Positions 1 through 12,480 of a stretch of DNA of 64,000 nucleotides are shown here, piece after piece; position 1 is the first letter of the stretch, and each line of letters begins with the position of its first letter. Source of the stretch: Lama glama. Its lineage: Eukaryota. Below the pieces are notes generated by a model, which saw nothing but the letters and a program-made list of their open reading frames with translations, made no database searches and had not been told where the DNA came from. The stretch spans positions 64,544,001 to 64,608,000 of the forward strand of contig CM052816.1 in NCBI GenBank assembly GCA_028534125.1, in the 5' to 3' direction. The translations under genes and the position numbers were made by a program.

Positions 1-202
1 AGTTAAGGTTCTTTCAGTTGAAAATAACAAAAGCTAACTAAAGCTAGATTTCATGTATTCAATATATACTTACTGAGCACTTACTAGGCTAAGAACTGCT
101 AAGGGAAAAGGGGAAATTTACAACAAAGATATGGGATGGCACTAAGAACTTGAAGGCAGACTTGCAGTTGAACTTCATTCACAAAGAAATAGAACGAGAA
201 TA

Positions 203-417
203 CAGTTGACTCTTGAACAACACAGGAGTTAAGGGCATTGACCCCCTCGCAGTCAAAAACCCAATCAGTAACTTTACAGTTGGACTTCCATATCTGCCGT
301 CCCGCATCCGCAGATTCAACTGACTGTGGTTTGTGTAATACCGTAGTACGTATTTACTAAAAAAAAACCTGCACATAGTGGACCTGATTCAAACCTGTGT
401 TGTTCAAAGGTCAACTG
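203..417. mobile_element. TcMar-Tigger MITE (Tigger2-derived, Tigger2a-like)
   Basis: Terminal inverted repeats CAGTTGACTCTTGAACAACACAGG ... CCTGTGTTGTTCAAAGGTCAACTG; TA at left flank; clearly homologous to the copy at 21177-21378. Confidence 0.85.
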
Positions 418-709
418 TCCTCCTTTTTGCAGACTGGTTTCTACTTTCCTTTTGGTAAATCACCTTTTTCTGCAGCAAAGTTTAGACAGTGGATCAAATA
501 TAGTCACCCACATGCTACTGAGTTCATATGCTTATTTCAGCCATATGGAGAGACTGCTACTATTTTCTCTTTCTTTGATTTTTTAAATTTAATTCCAAAG
601 TCCTAATAGGGAGCAAGTGTCCATCTTTGTCCAAACATGGGGTCAGCTAATGGGGTCACTGTAAGTTGAACGAATATTCCAAGTGGTATCTATAGCAAGT
701 ATTAGCCAC

Positions 710-810
710 GATTTGTAAAAGAGGAAATTAAGACTGAGAAGTATGAGTTACTTTCTCAAGTTCATGTGGGTAGAGAGTACCAGAAACAGAATTCAAACCC
801 TGAGGTTCTT
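710..810 (-). mobile_element. MIR SINE fragment
   Basis: GAGGAAATTAAGACTGAGAAG...TTACTTTCTCAAGTTCA...GAATTCAAACCC resembles the reverse-complement MIR core. Confidence 0.6.
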
Positions 811-1605
811 CAAGTGAAGGACCAGCACATCAAAGTGAGTGCTTCCTTCAATTCTGCATCTTAGGAGCTTTGTTCGCTTCACCCCAGTCCCAGGACTGCT
901 AATGCTTCATAGTTCTTTTCACTATACATGCATTCCCTTACTATAATGTGGAAATTTCACAACTTACAAAGAAATGCGGTTTAAAAAAAGTTGAAAAAAA
1001 GTTTTACTGATGCAGTTGTAAAAGTTTTTGCAAAGAGAATAAATAGGAAATTATGTATGTTCTTGTTGATTTTGTATCTAAAAAGTTTGCCTTCCAGAAG
1101 ATACTACTAAAGCAGAAACTTACCTTCCCATTCTGCTGGGATGTCTCCTACTTCATAGTCTATTTCTCTTCTATTTGCTGCTTCTACAATTCTTTTCTCT
1201 CGAATAATTTGTCCTATAAGACAAAAGTGATTATTACATTTCTAAATGAACTCATAACACAGTAGTTACTAAAAGAAATATTTTCTCTTTGGATATTGCA
1301 CACTTCCCCATATGATAAGAGAATTAACAGGAAAAATAATAGATTCCATTTAGAATTAGGTATATTAGAAAAAGCAGTTTCTAAACTACTTTATAAATTT
1401 TAATTTCCTACCATAGTGTGCAAAATTAATTTTAGTAGAATAAATCTAGATTCTATGTACAGAAAAAGAGAAATCAATTAATCTGTAGGCCAATAAAAAA
1501 CATTTAAATGAATAACAGAGTGTTTAACTGCTTCAAACTCTGCAAGTATATTAGAAGTGCCAGTGGCTGCTGCTTCTGCCCAAAGGAATCAATATTCATG
1601 GCTCA

Positions 1606-2275
1606 ATATGAAAAACAGTATGGAGGTTCCTAAAAAACTAAAAATAGAGTTACCATATAATCCAGCAATCCCATTCTTGGGCACATATTCAGAAAAGACA
1701 AAAACTCTCATTCAAAAAGATATATGTACCCCAGTGTTCACAGCAGCACTGCTTACAAGAGCTAAGACATGGAAGCAACCTAAGTGTCCATCAACAGATG
1801 AATAGATAAAGATGTAGTGCATATATACAATAGAATATTGAATGAAATAATGTCATTTGCAGCTACTTGGATGGACATAGAGAATATCATACCAAGTGAA
1901 GTAAGTCAGAGAAAGACAAATATTATATGATGTCACAAATGTGGAATCTAGAAAATAGTACAATGAACTTATTTATAACAGAAACAGACTCACAGACATA
2001 GAAGACAAACTTATGGTTACTAAAGGTGGGGGATAAACTGGGAGTATGGAAATAACAGATGCACAGTACCATATATAAAGTAGATTAAAAAATAACGATT
2101 TACTATGTAAAACAGGGAACTATATTCACTATCTTATAATAAACGATAAATGGTAAAGAATCAGAAAAAAGAATACATAGACATATGTTATGTATAACAA
2201 TCACTTTGCTGTATACCTAAAACAAACACAATATTGTAAATCAACTATTCTTCAATCAAGAATTAATTTAAAAAA
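1606..2275 (+). mobile_element. 5'-truncated L1 (ORF2 C-terminus + 3' UTR)
   Basis: ORF 1557-1805 translates to L1 ORF2 C-terminal motifs (KIELPYNPAIPFLG, CTPVFTAAL, AKTWKQPKCPSTDE); 3' UTR ends in an A-rich tail. Confidence 0.93.
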
Positions 2276-2659
2276 TTTATGGCCCCTACAAAGTATGTAG
2301 TAGACCACAAGACCCTGCTGCTAACTGTCCCCATAGTACACTGGCAAACCCAAGGGAAACAAGTCATGTTTAATTCTGTGGCCCATCTGAGTGACCTCTC
2401 AAGAGAATCTAAATGAAGAACAACAAACTGGTGAGTTTCAGGTATGAGATCAACATCTGGAGTAGGACGGCAGCAATGTAGAAAACATGAGAGCAGAGAG
2501 AGCAGCAAAGAAAAAGATGGAGAGGGGTAAGGGATGAAATGAGAATGACTGTTGCTTACGTTTCTCAATAATAAAAGGTTGATTAATGTATATTTCAAAT
2601 TTATGAAGAAGACATAAAACTATTTGGTATTTTCTTCTGTTTTCAGAAAGTCTTGATTA

Positions 2660-3934
2660 GGGATGCATATATCTTTTCAAATTAGTGCTTCCATTTTTTT
2701 CCAGATATATACACAGGAGTGTGATTGTGATTGCTGGATCATATGTTAGTTCTATTTTTAGTTTTTTAAGGAAACTCCAGACTGTTGTTTTCCACAGTGG
2801 TGCACCAATTTACATTCCCCAAAACACTGTACAAGGGTTCCCTTTTCTCCACACCCTCTCTGGCATTTTTTATCTGTAGAATTTTTGATGATGGCCATTA
2901 TAACTGGTGTGAGGTGATACCTCCTTGTAGTTTTGATTTGCATTTCTCTAATAATTAGTAATGTTGAGTATCTTTTCTGTGCCTGTTGGCTATCTGTATG
3001 TCTTCTTTGAAGAAATGTCTATTTAGGTCTTCTGTCCATTTTTTGATCGGGTTGTTTTTCTGATAGTGAGTTGAATGAGCTGTTTATTTTGCATATTAAC
3101 TACTTGTCTGTTGCATCATTTACAAATATTTTCTTCTAGTCCATAGGCTGTTTTTTAGTTTTGTTGAAGGTTTCCTTTGCTGTGCAAAAGCTTTTACATT
3201 TTTAGTTTCCATTTATTTATTTTTGCTTTCATTTCTTCTGCTTTGGGAGACCAATCTAAGGAAATATTGCTATCATTTATGTCTGAGAATGTTTTGCCTA
3301 TGTTCTCTTCTAGGAATTTTATGGTGTCATGTCTTAGATTTAAGTCTTTAAGCCATTTGGAGTTTATTTTTGTGTATGGTGTGAGGGAGTGTCCTAATTT
3401 CACTGATTTACATGAGGCTGTCCAGCTTTCCCAACATCACTTGCTGAAGAGACTGCCTTTTCTCCATTGTATATTCCTGCTTCCTTTGTCATAGATTAAC
3501 TGACTGCGGTGTGTGGGTTTATTTTCAAGCTCTCTATTCTGTTCCATTGATCTCTATTTCTGTTTTTGTGCCACTATCACACTGCTTTTGATTACTGTAG
3601 CTTTGTAGCATTGTCTAAACTCTGGAAGAATTATGGCTCCAGTTTTGTTCTTTTTTCTCAGGATTGCTTTGGCAATTCTGGGTCTTTTGTGGTTCCATAT
3701 AAATTTTAGTATTATTTGTTCTAGTTCTGAGAAAAATGTCATGGTTATTTTGATAGGGATTGTATTAAATCTGTAGATTGCTTTGGGAAATACGGCATTT
3801 TAACAATATTAATTCTTCCAATCCAAGAACACAGGATATCTTTCCACTTCTTTGAATTGTCTTCAATTTCATTTATCAATGTTTTATAAAAAGACTTTCA
3901 GCATGTAAGTCTTTCACCTCCTTAGTTAAGTTTA
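2660..3934 (-). mobile_element. Inverted 5' segment of a twin-primed L1 (ORF2 remnant)
   Basis: Minus-strand ORFs [52 protein letters not shown] are L1 ORF2 motifs, broken by frameshifts and stops. Confidence 0.93.
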
Positions 3935-3935
3935 A

Positions 3936-4488
3936 ACAGCAGCACTATTTACTACAGCCAAGACATGGAAATAACACAAGTGCCCATCAACAGATGATTG
4001 GTTTAACAAGATGTGGTATATATACATAAAACAAAATATTACTCAGCCATAAAAAATGAATAAAACACTGCCATTTACAGCAACATGGATGGACCTAGAG
4101 AATATCATAAGTGAAGTAAGCCAGACAGAGAAAGACAAATATCACATGATATGACTTATACATAGAATCTAAAAAACAGGACAAATGAATTTATTTACAA
4201 AACAGAAAACAGACTCAAAGACATAAAAACCAAACTTATGAGTACCAAAGGGGAATAGGAGGAAGGGGAGGAATAAATTAGAAGTGTAGGATTAACAGAT
4301 ACAAACTACTATACTATACATAAAATAGATAAGCAACAAAGATTTACTTTATAGCACAGGGAACTATATTCAATATCTTGTAATAACCTACACTGGAAAA
4401 TAACCTGAAAAAATATATATAACTGAATTACTTTGCTATACACCTGAAAATAACACAGTATTGTAAATCAACTATACATTAAAAAAAG
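3936..4488 (+). mobile_element. Non-inverted 3' segment of the same L1
   Basis: Starts ACAGCAGCACTATTTAC (ORF2 TAALF motif), continues through 3' UTR to an A tail; AGTCTTGATTA at 2649-2659 and 4489-4499 flanks the whole element as a TSD. Confidence 0.92.
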
Positions 4489-6702
4489 AGTCTTGATTAT
4501 ATCCTTTCAAAGCAGCCTTGTCAAAATGGTGGTTTCAAAACACATTCCTTTGTCATGAAACCTTTGAGCCTGAGGAAACCAGATAAGCTTTCTACTTATC
4601 AACAGTTAACAAGTGTGCCTGTCTACTCCAAGGAATAAAAGCTAAAACAGGGAAGACACTGGTAAATAATATGAGAGGAGGGGCATGGCTTAACAATGAT
4701 CAGACCAGTCAGGGAGAGAAATCCGAGCCTTACCAAATACCACTTTCTCTTCCCACTCCTTGGCCAATCTTACACTATGCTAAAAATAGACCAGGTGACA
4801 TAATTTAAAAAATTGACTTGGTTGCCTACAAATCTCCTACACTACCTGAAATTCTACTAGCTAAAAATTCCTTCAACTGCAAACAAGGAAACTCCTAGGA
4901 ATGACTGTGCAGGAGAAAGGAAGCCACGAAAGGGTAGCATAAGAATACTAAGTGGCTAGTTTTATTTCTTCTACATTAGTAATAGTAAATGACAGGCTAG
5001 GATTTCACAGACAAGCCATTAATGGCTAATAACTCTGAAGATGGGGTCAGGGAATCTCTTATTATGGACTCATTTAATCAGGCTGATTTCATCCTAATAC
5101 TGAGGTGCTCCAAGTTTTATAAAGAGCAATTACCTTTTGCTTATATTATCCAATAAATATACAGTAGGACAAGGGATTAGTAGTAAAGTCCCTAGGTTGT
5201 AGGCAGAAGAGTCAGGGTAAAAGGAGCTGGTAACAATGACAGCTGCATTACTTTCATTGCAGAGGTTCAACATATGTACACGTATTTTTACTAAAGTGCT
5301 ATTTATACCCACATATGTAAACATATCATAATAACAAGAGTTATCATAAATTTACCATAGACTAAATTTACTAAAGTAAGTTTGCATGGCAATTTCCAAA
5401 ATCTTTGGAAGAGTCAAAATACCTGAGTCTTTATATAGTCCTTACCTAAATACTAGGACTTAAGTTCGTCTTTTTGGCAATAACAAGTGCATAAAGGAAA
5501 ATTATCATCTGAAATACAAAATGCTAACAAATGGGCTTCTGAAAGTACATGTGTGTTCTATAAGCTTTTAAGTGTACATCAATAAAATTTAGCACACAGG
5601 GAGAGAATAGAGAGGTCTAACGTTCCCAGTAGTGCCACTAAATGCATACATATTCCAAGTAAGTATATCTATATGTCTGTGACACAAAAATGAACTTTTT
5701 ATTCCTATTCTGAGGTCTATAAGCTTCATTTAAGGTATCCTCAGAGTTTTAAAAATCAAAAGTCATACCTATTTATGTATATATGGAAAGACAGGAAGAG
5801 TAATTCATCAGTTAGTTGCTGACAATTGCTGAAAAAAAACCTTTGTTTATGAACAGATGACATCAAAGCTTTCTAAAATACAAGTACACTTCTTCAGCAA
5901 TATAAAATAAGGTCATTAATTTACTCAATAAACTCTGTAATCAGATATAGGCTTTTTCTCTGAAATAAATTGTTTTAAAACTACTCCATTTTTTGGAATA
6001 AATGCTACTTGTACAATTTTTATGAACTGGGAATGAAAATTATGAACTTACTGTTTGCTTTCATACAACAGTTGTAAAGACAATCCTACTTACCATAGCA
6101 AAAAAAAAAAAATTCCATCTAGAAAATGGAGCAAATTTAAGTACTTCTCAAGTGTCAAAATTTTAAGGTCTAATTTACATTTAAAAATTAACTTAATAAC
6201 AGAAACATTTAGTCTAATATATAGAGATTTAATAAGTACTAATACAACAACAGACAACTGACAGTGGTGTACTCTATGAGCATTAAGTGAAACAAGGCAT
6301 AATTAAATCTCATATTGTTTTATTATGCTTTGTTTTACTTAATACTAAACAATATTAGACTGAATTAAAATAGTCAAAATAAAAGTTTGAATTCAGATAG
6401 ATCATAATGGTCAATGGTATATGGAGTTAAAGACTGTGTAAGTAACAATACTACTTCCCAAACTCAAAAAAATTTAAAGCTAGCTTCCATAAGCTAACTG
6501 CCCTAGAAGGGGAGCAGCTTTCCTACTCCTTTGTTTTAAAAACTATGGAACCCATCTAGTTAAAAGAAGCAGCAAAGGCAAGATTGCCAGGTATTGGGTA
6601 TAGATGACAGACGTAGGTAAAAGTCAGATATCACCTATTCTGCTGGGCTTGTGGGATAGAGTACGTGAACCCTGGACACAGACATAAGAAAGAGGATCTA
6701 GA

Positions 6703-6966
6703 GCTGGGTTCTAAACTTCAGTCACTCAAGTGCCAGTTATGCAATTTTTATCACATTTCACAGTATCATATCTCTAATATTTTTCTTTAATTTGGCTTAC
6801 TTTTTTCTTCAATATTCACTTTTACCTTACCCTAGAAAAACCTAGGAAATACTGACTACTTTTGTGTTCAAACATACATAAAACAGATGTATGTCTTTAA
6901 AAATGTAACAGATTGTCTTTGTACCCTCTTAAGTCATCTTGCAGACTGCACTTTGGAAACCACACT
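6703..6966. mobile_element. Old hAT-Charlie-type MER fragment
   Basis: Ends resemble hAT termini (GGGTTCTAAACTT ... CACTTTGGAAACCAC) around an AT-rich core. Confidence 0.4.
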
Positions 6967-7149
6967 AGTCTACAGAGATAGACCCAGCAACATATACGAT
7001 GGTGATACAGGGCATAGGAATCAACATACCAGGATGTTGTCGATGGGAAATGGCTGATGAACATCAAAGTCTTGCTTATACTGTGTTAACCCATCATTGC
7101 ATAAAATCCTATGTTATATATAATCTTAGGTTAAGTTTGAAAGAAGAGG

Positions 7150-8040
7150 GCAGAGGTCCTAGAAGTAGGAAAGAGTGTCACTTGTCTGAGTATATACTTT
7201 TAAATAAGTTTGAAAGCATGTTAATGTTCTATATATTCAAAAAATAAAATTAAGTCAACATGGATGTGAAAGAAGAAAAAAGAAAATGAAAGCAAACTGA
7301 AACAAATAAGCCCAGCTTTACTTCAGACTAATAACAACCACACTGAATGGCGAAAGGAAAGAAAGAACTATACCAGGTAACTTATGAACATGCTACCTGC
7401 CTAGGTATACTCAGTCTCAAGTAGGAAAAAATTGCAAACACATCCTGAACTGTTTGTAGTATGTTTGTTTTCTGTAGTGGTATGGGCGAGGTAATTCTGA
7501 AACTATTTTAGATATATTATAGGATTCAGCAAATGAGTAAACATGTTAATGTTACTGGAAGCCAGGGTTCTCACTGTGGAAGGACATACAAATACACAAT
7601 GGGAAAAAGCAAAAGAGAACCATGTGGGATAGACCGAAACTGGACACATCAGTTACTTATGATAAATAAGACAGATATGCATTTATATACAGATATATGT
7701 ATTTCTACATACATGTATATATTTTTCTAGTTCTATTTACATAAATAGGAGCAAAGACCCTAGTAGCAATGAGGACTCATAGAGCCCAAATCTTGGCTAT
7801 GCCATTATACACCAAAAGAAACCAGCATCCCTCAGAAAAATAGCTGATTCCAGACCTAGGGCAGGGTGGGTTCAAGATGAGCCTAGGAACATCTTGCTAT
7901 GCTACAAAACAAGAGAGTTCTCAAAAAATAATAATAATGATACTAGGGGCCTGTCACAAGGATTTAAGGGCCAGCTTAAAGGGCTAACACTAGCTAAATC
8001 TGAGATAATCTGAGCACCAAAATAATCCAGGAATTACAGA
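7150..8040 (+). mobile_element. Old L1 (L1MC/L1MD-type) 3' UTR, 5' part
   Basis: Resembles L1MC/MD 3' UTR (AAAGCAAACTGAAACAAATAAGCCC, GTTCAAGATGAGCCTAGGAACATCTTG); appears to resume near 10685. Confidence 0.65.
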
Positions 8041-8041
8041 C

Positions 8042-8442
8042 CAGCAATTGTCAAATTGTGATAGGGAGCTCTGCAGGGTGCCTATGGCCCTTTTAAGGTG
8101 TCTGTGGGGCCAAACATAATTTAATAATACTAAGATGTTATTTGCCCCTCTTACTTTCATTTTTTTCATGAATGTACAGTGGAGTTTTCCAGAGGCTACA
8201 TGATACGTGATATAGTAACATACTGAATGAGGAAACGGATATGAAAAATCCAGCTGTCTTTTTATTAAGCCACATCCTGGGGGGATTTGTAAAACAAAGT
8301 AATGTTACTCTTTTCTCTAAATGTTTCTGTTTTGGAAAGTACAGTTATTTCTGATCAAAAATATATTCTTTGTGGAAGCATGTAATGGATTTATTAGAGT
8401 TATTTGTAATGAATTAATAAGCACTTTAAAATTCTGTTTTAA
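8042..8442 (+). mobile_element. hAT Charlie1-family non-autonomous transposon, 5' part
   Basis: GTACAGTGGAGTTTTCCAGAGGCTACATGA...ATCCAGCTGTCTTTTATTAAGCCA matches recalled Charlie1 consensus. Confidence 0.75.
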
Positions 8443-9134
8443 CAGTATGGAGATTCCTCAAAAAGACTAGGAATAGACTTACCTTATGACCCAGTAATCC
8501 CACTCCTGGGCATATAACCAGAAGGAACCCTACTTCAAAAAGACACTTGCACCCCAATGTTCATAGCAGCACTATTTACAATAGCCAACACATGGAAACA
8601 GCCTAAATGTCAATCAACAGACGACTGGATAAAGAAGATGTAGTATATTTATACAGTGGAATACTATTCATCCATAAAAACGACAACATAATGCCATTTA
8701 TAGCAACATGGATGTTCCTGGAGAATGTCATTCTAAGTGAAGTAAGCCAGAAAGAAAGAAAAATACTATATGAGATCGCTCATATGTGGAATCTTAAAAA
8801 AAAAAAGAACATAAATACAAAACAGAAANNNNNNNNNNNNNNNNNNNNNNNNNNNNNNNNNNNNNNNNNNNNNNNNNNNNNNNNNNNNNNNNNNNNNNNN
8901 NNNNNNNNNNNNNNNNNNNNNNNNNNNNTACTGACAGGTATATGTAGAATAGATTAAACAAGATTATACTGTATAGCACAGGGAAATACATACAAGATCT
9001 TGTGGTAGCTCACAGCAAAAAAAATGTGACAATGAATATATATGTATGTTCATGTTTAACTGAAAGATTGTGCTCTACACTGGAATTTGACACAACATTG
9101 TAAAATGACTATAACTCAATAAAAAATGTTTTTT
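8443..9134 (+). mobile_element. Young 5'-truncated L1 (camelid-type 3' UTR by recall), spans an assembly gap
   Basis: ORF2 C-terminus and 3' UTR ending AATAAAAAATG; TTTAAAATTCTGTTTTAA is identical at 8425-8442 and 9132-9149. Confidence 0.92.
8829..8928. other. Assembly gap (100 N)
   Basis: Run of N. Confidence 1.
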
Positions 9135-9149
9135 AAAATTCTGTTTTAA

Positions 9150-10566
9150 GAATAGAGAGCCCAGAAATAAACCCACAGATGTTTGGTCAATTAATCCTTG
9201 ATAAAGGAGGCAAGAATACACAATGGAGAAGAGACAGTCTCTTCAGCAAATGGTGTTAGGAAAAGTGGACAGCTGAATGTAAATCAGTGAAGTTAGAATG
9301 TTCCCTCACATCATACACAAAAATAAACTCAAAATGGTGTAAAGATTTAAACATAAGACAAGACACTATAGACTTCTCAGAAGAAAATACAGGCAAAACA
9401 TTACCTGACATAAATCTCAGCAATGTTCTGCTAGGGCAGTCTATCCACACAATAGAAATAAAAGCAAAAGTTAACAAGTGGGACCTAATTAAACTTACAA
9501 GCTTTTGCACAGCAAAGGAAACCATAAGCAAAACAAAAAGAAAACCTACCAAATGGGAGAAAATATTTACAAAAGATGAGACTGACAAGGGCTTAATTTC
9601 CAGAATATATAAACAGCTCATATAACTTAATGATAAAAACCCTATCAAAAAATGAGCAGAAGACCTAAACAAGCAATTCTCCAGTGAAGACATACAAATG
9701 TCCAATAAGCACATGAAAAAATGCTCAATATCACTAATTATCAGAGAACTGCAAATCAAAACTATAATGAGGTATCACCTCACACTGGTTAGAATGGCCA
9801 TCATTCAAAAGTTTACAAATGATGAATGCTGGAGAAGGTATGGAGAAAAGGGAATCCTCTTACACTGCTGATGGGAATGTAGTCTGATGCAGCCATTACG
9901 GAAAACAATATGGAGATTCCTCAAAAGACTAAAAATAGACTTACTATATGATCCAGCAATCCCACTCCTGGGCATATAACCAGACACAACTTTAATTCAA
10001 AAAGATACATGCATCCCAATGTTCATAGCAACACTATTTACAATAGCCAAGATGTGAAAACCACCTAAATGTCCATCAACAGATGATCAGATGAAGAAGT
10101 TGTGGTGTACTACTCAGCCATAAAAAAGAATAAAATAATGCCATTTGAAGCAACATGAATGGATATGGAGACTGTCATTGCTAGCAAAGTAAGCCAGAAA
10201 GAGAAAGAAAAATACCATATGATATCACTTATATGTGGAATGTAAAAAAAAAAGACAAATGAACTTACTTACAAAACAGAAAGAGACTCACAGACATAGA
10301 GAACCAACTTATGGTTACCATGGGAAAAAGGGGTGGGAAGGGATAAATTGGGAGCTCGAGATTTGCAGATACTAACTACTATATATAAAATAAACAACTT
10401 TATACTGTATAGCACAGGGAACTATATTCAGTATCTTACAGTAAACTATAATGAAGAAGAATATGAAAAAGAATATATGTATGTATATGTATGACTGAAG
10501 TAGTATGCTGTACACCAGAAATTGATACAACATTGCAAACTGACCATACTTCAATAAAAAAATAAA
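9150..10566 (+). mobile_element. 5'-truncated L1 (~1.4 kb, ORF2 3' part + 3' UTR)
   Basis: ORF 9287-9625 ([35 protein letters not shown]) is L1 ORF2; ends TTCAATAAAAAAATAAAAA. Confidence 0.95.
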
Positions 10567-10678
10567 AATTGTTTTAGTTTTAATATGATAAATATTAATA
10601 CATATCTCATTAACAAAGCTCTTTCAGTAACTGTGAAGAGCTTAAAGGGACCTTGAGACTAAAATGTTTAAGAACTAT
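10567..10678 (+). mobile_element. Charlie1-family transposon, 3' part
   Basis: AACAAAGCTCTTT...AAAGGGACCTTGAGACTAAAATGTTTAAGAAC matches the recalled Charlie1 right end. Confidence 0.7.
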
Positions 10679-10684
10679 ATACAC

Positions 10685-10880
10685 CACTAAAAAAAATAGG
10701 AATCCATAAAGCTAAATCACTAAAAGATATAAATAAAAAGATGGATAAATAAATAAGACATAAAAGGGCTCTTGCCATAGTGCTGAATAGTAAATGTGCA
10801 GGAAGTGCCAGAGCTGGAAAATCACCATTTTATAAGCATCCTGATAAAGAATGGTTCTGGTAAGAATCACTAATGAAAGG
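10685..10880 (+). mobile_element. Old L1MC/MD 3' UTR, continuation
   Basis: ATAGGAATCCATAAA...GGAAGTGCCAGAGCTGGAAAATCACCATTTT resembles the continuation of the 7150-8040 element. Confidence 0.55.
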
Positions 10881-12274
10881 AGATTTTTGTCTTCTGTTCT
10901 TATTTGGAAATAATTTCCTTTTCCTCTACATACAGGGTGTTTTCACACATTTGGATGCTGAACAAGACTTACAAATTAAAAGGATAATTGGGTTAGAAAT
11001 ATAAAATTTCTAATTTGATACTACAATTACCGTTTCCTAGGGTCTAAGTGACCCTATAGATGAGTAAGACCTTTGACAGGTGCCAGTCTGAGGCAGGTGA
11101 CACCAGAAGAACAAGCCAGCAGACTTAGACATCTCTCCTCCCCTGGGTCACTGCTCCTTCCCTAATCCATCCACACAGGTTAGGGCAGATATTTAAGCAG
11201 CCTTTAATCTTTAAATTTTGAAGCATCAGAACTCACACGATATCTATCACAGTGGAGAAAGAATTTTCTTCCATCAGTACCAAATAAAAGGTGGAGGCCT
11301 ATATGGGTTGTGACCCACAAGCATATGTGATCTTGGTGAAGGTTTTCAACCAGCTGTCTACTTCCAGCCCAATATTTCCCATGGGATGGGCACCGAGAGG
11401 AGAGGTGAATGGAATTCGGAGGTGACTTTGGGATGAAAAGAGATTGGGCTGAGTAACATGACACTTCTCTGGGATAGCTATCCCCTTACAAACAAGCAAG
11501 ATTCAGGCTTTTATGTCTGACAGGAGCCCCTGGCTTGGAGAAATGTTAATGAAGTTGGTAGGATGGCCAAGGTAAGAAAGACCCTTTCTGTCTAATTGAT
11601 GCCTGGTCGTTTGCCCCAGTGGCAGTGATCAGCACAAACCAGGTTATAATTCTAAATCAGTTTGTGTGGTGATGTATAAAAGACTGAATTTTGCATACGA
11701 AAGGAAGCTTAGAAGTGTCAATGCGTAATATATGAAAGCAAAGGCTACTGAAAGCCAAGAACCACACTACTACATATATTAGATTTGGGCACTTTAAACC
11801 TTATTATACTGAAGTATTGTAAATTTTTCTAAAACACAAATTAAGAGTACTAAAATAATATAACTTAGATGATCAATTTCTTGAATATATGTAAGCACAT
11901 TTGACTGTCCTTTGTGATTGGATTACCACATTCTGTTGATTCTTATTTTGCGGCTGGCTTTATTCCTTTCATAACTATGTAAGTTTAAAAAGCTAAAGTT
12001 CTAATCTGTTCTTAGAAACAATGATCAGTACATATATGTAAACTAAAAAAATATGTGCAGTATATTGTATACATGTATTTACATGCAATATAATGTATAT
12101 GTGCAGTCAAACTGTAATAATTCTACTTAATAAAATTGAAAAAGGAGAAAAAAGAAATAAATGCCTTTGCAGCTAAAAAAAAAAAAAGAGTATTAAAATG
12201 AGAATCCTTAAACTGAAAGCCATTTTCACATATGACTTAAAGCACAATTTGACTAAAGTTACTCAGATGTAGCA

Positions 12275-12480
12275 TCTATTTACTAAAACCCTGTTATGTA
12301 CCAGACAATGTTTAGGTATCTTTCGTATATTCTCTCTTATCTTTAAAACAATCTTTTACAGGTGAGGAAAAAGAGGGATAGGGTGATCAGCTTATCCAAA
12401 TATACATAGCTAATTAAAGTAGTACAGCCAGTATTTGCACCTAAGTATTTTTCTGACTCCCAACGTAAGCATTTTCCATT
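12275..12480 (-). mobile_element. MIR SINE
   Basis: TTTTACAGGTGAGGAAA...TTATCCAAATATACATAGCTAATTAA...TTTTCTGACTCCCAA. Confidence 0.7.

Noticed and set aside
9256..9759. Longest ORF (167 aa, minus) and similar hydrophobic ORFs at 3177-3494 and 2685-2879
   Set aside because: They are antisense readings of L1 ORF2 sequence, a common artefact, not genes.
11320..11430. AYVILVKVFNQLS, faintly like a reverse-transcriptase DxxKAFD motif
   Set aside because: Key aspartates are absent and no downstream PQG or YADD motif follows; too weak to call by eye.
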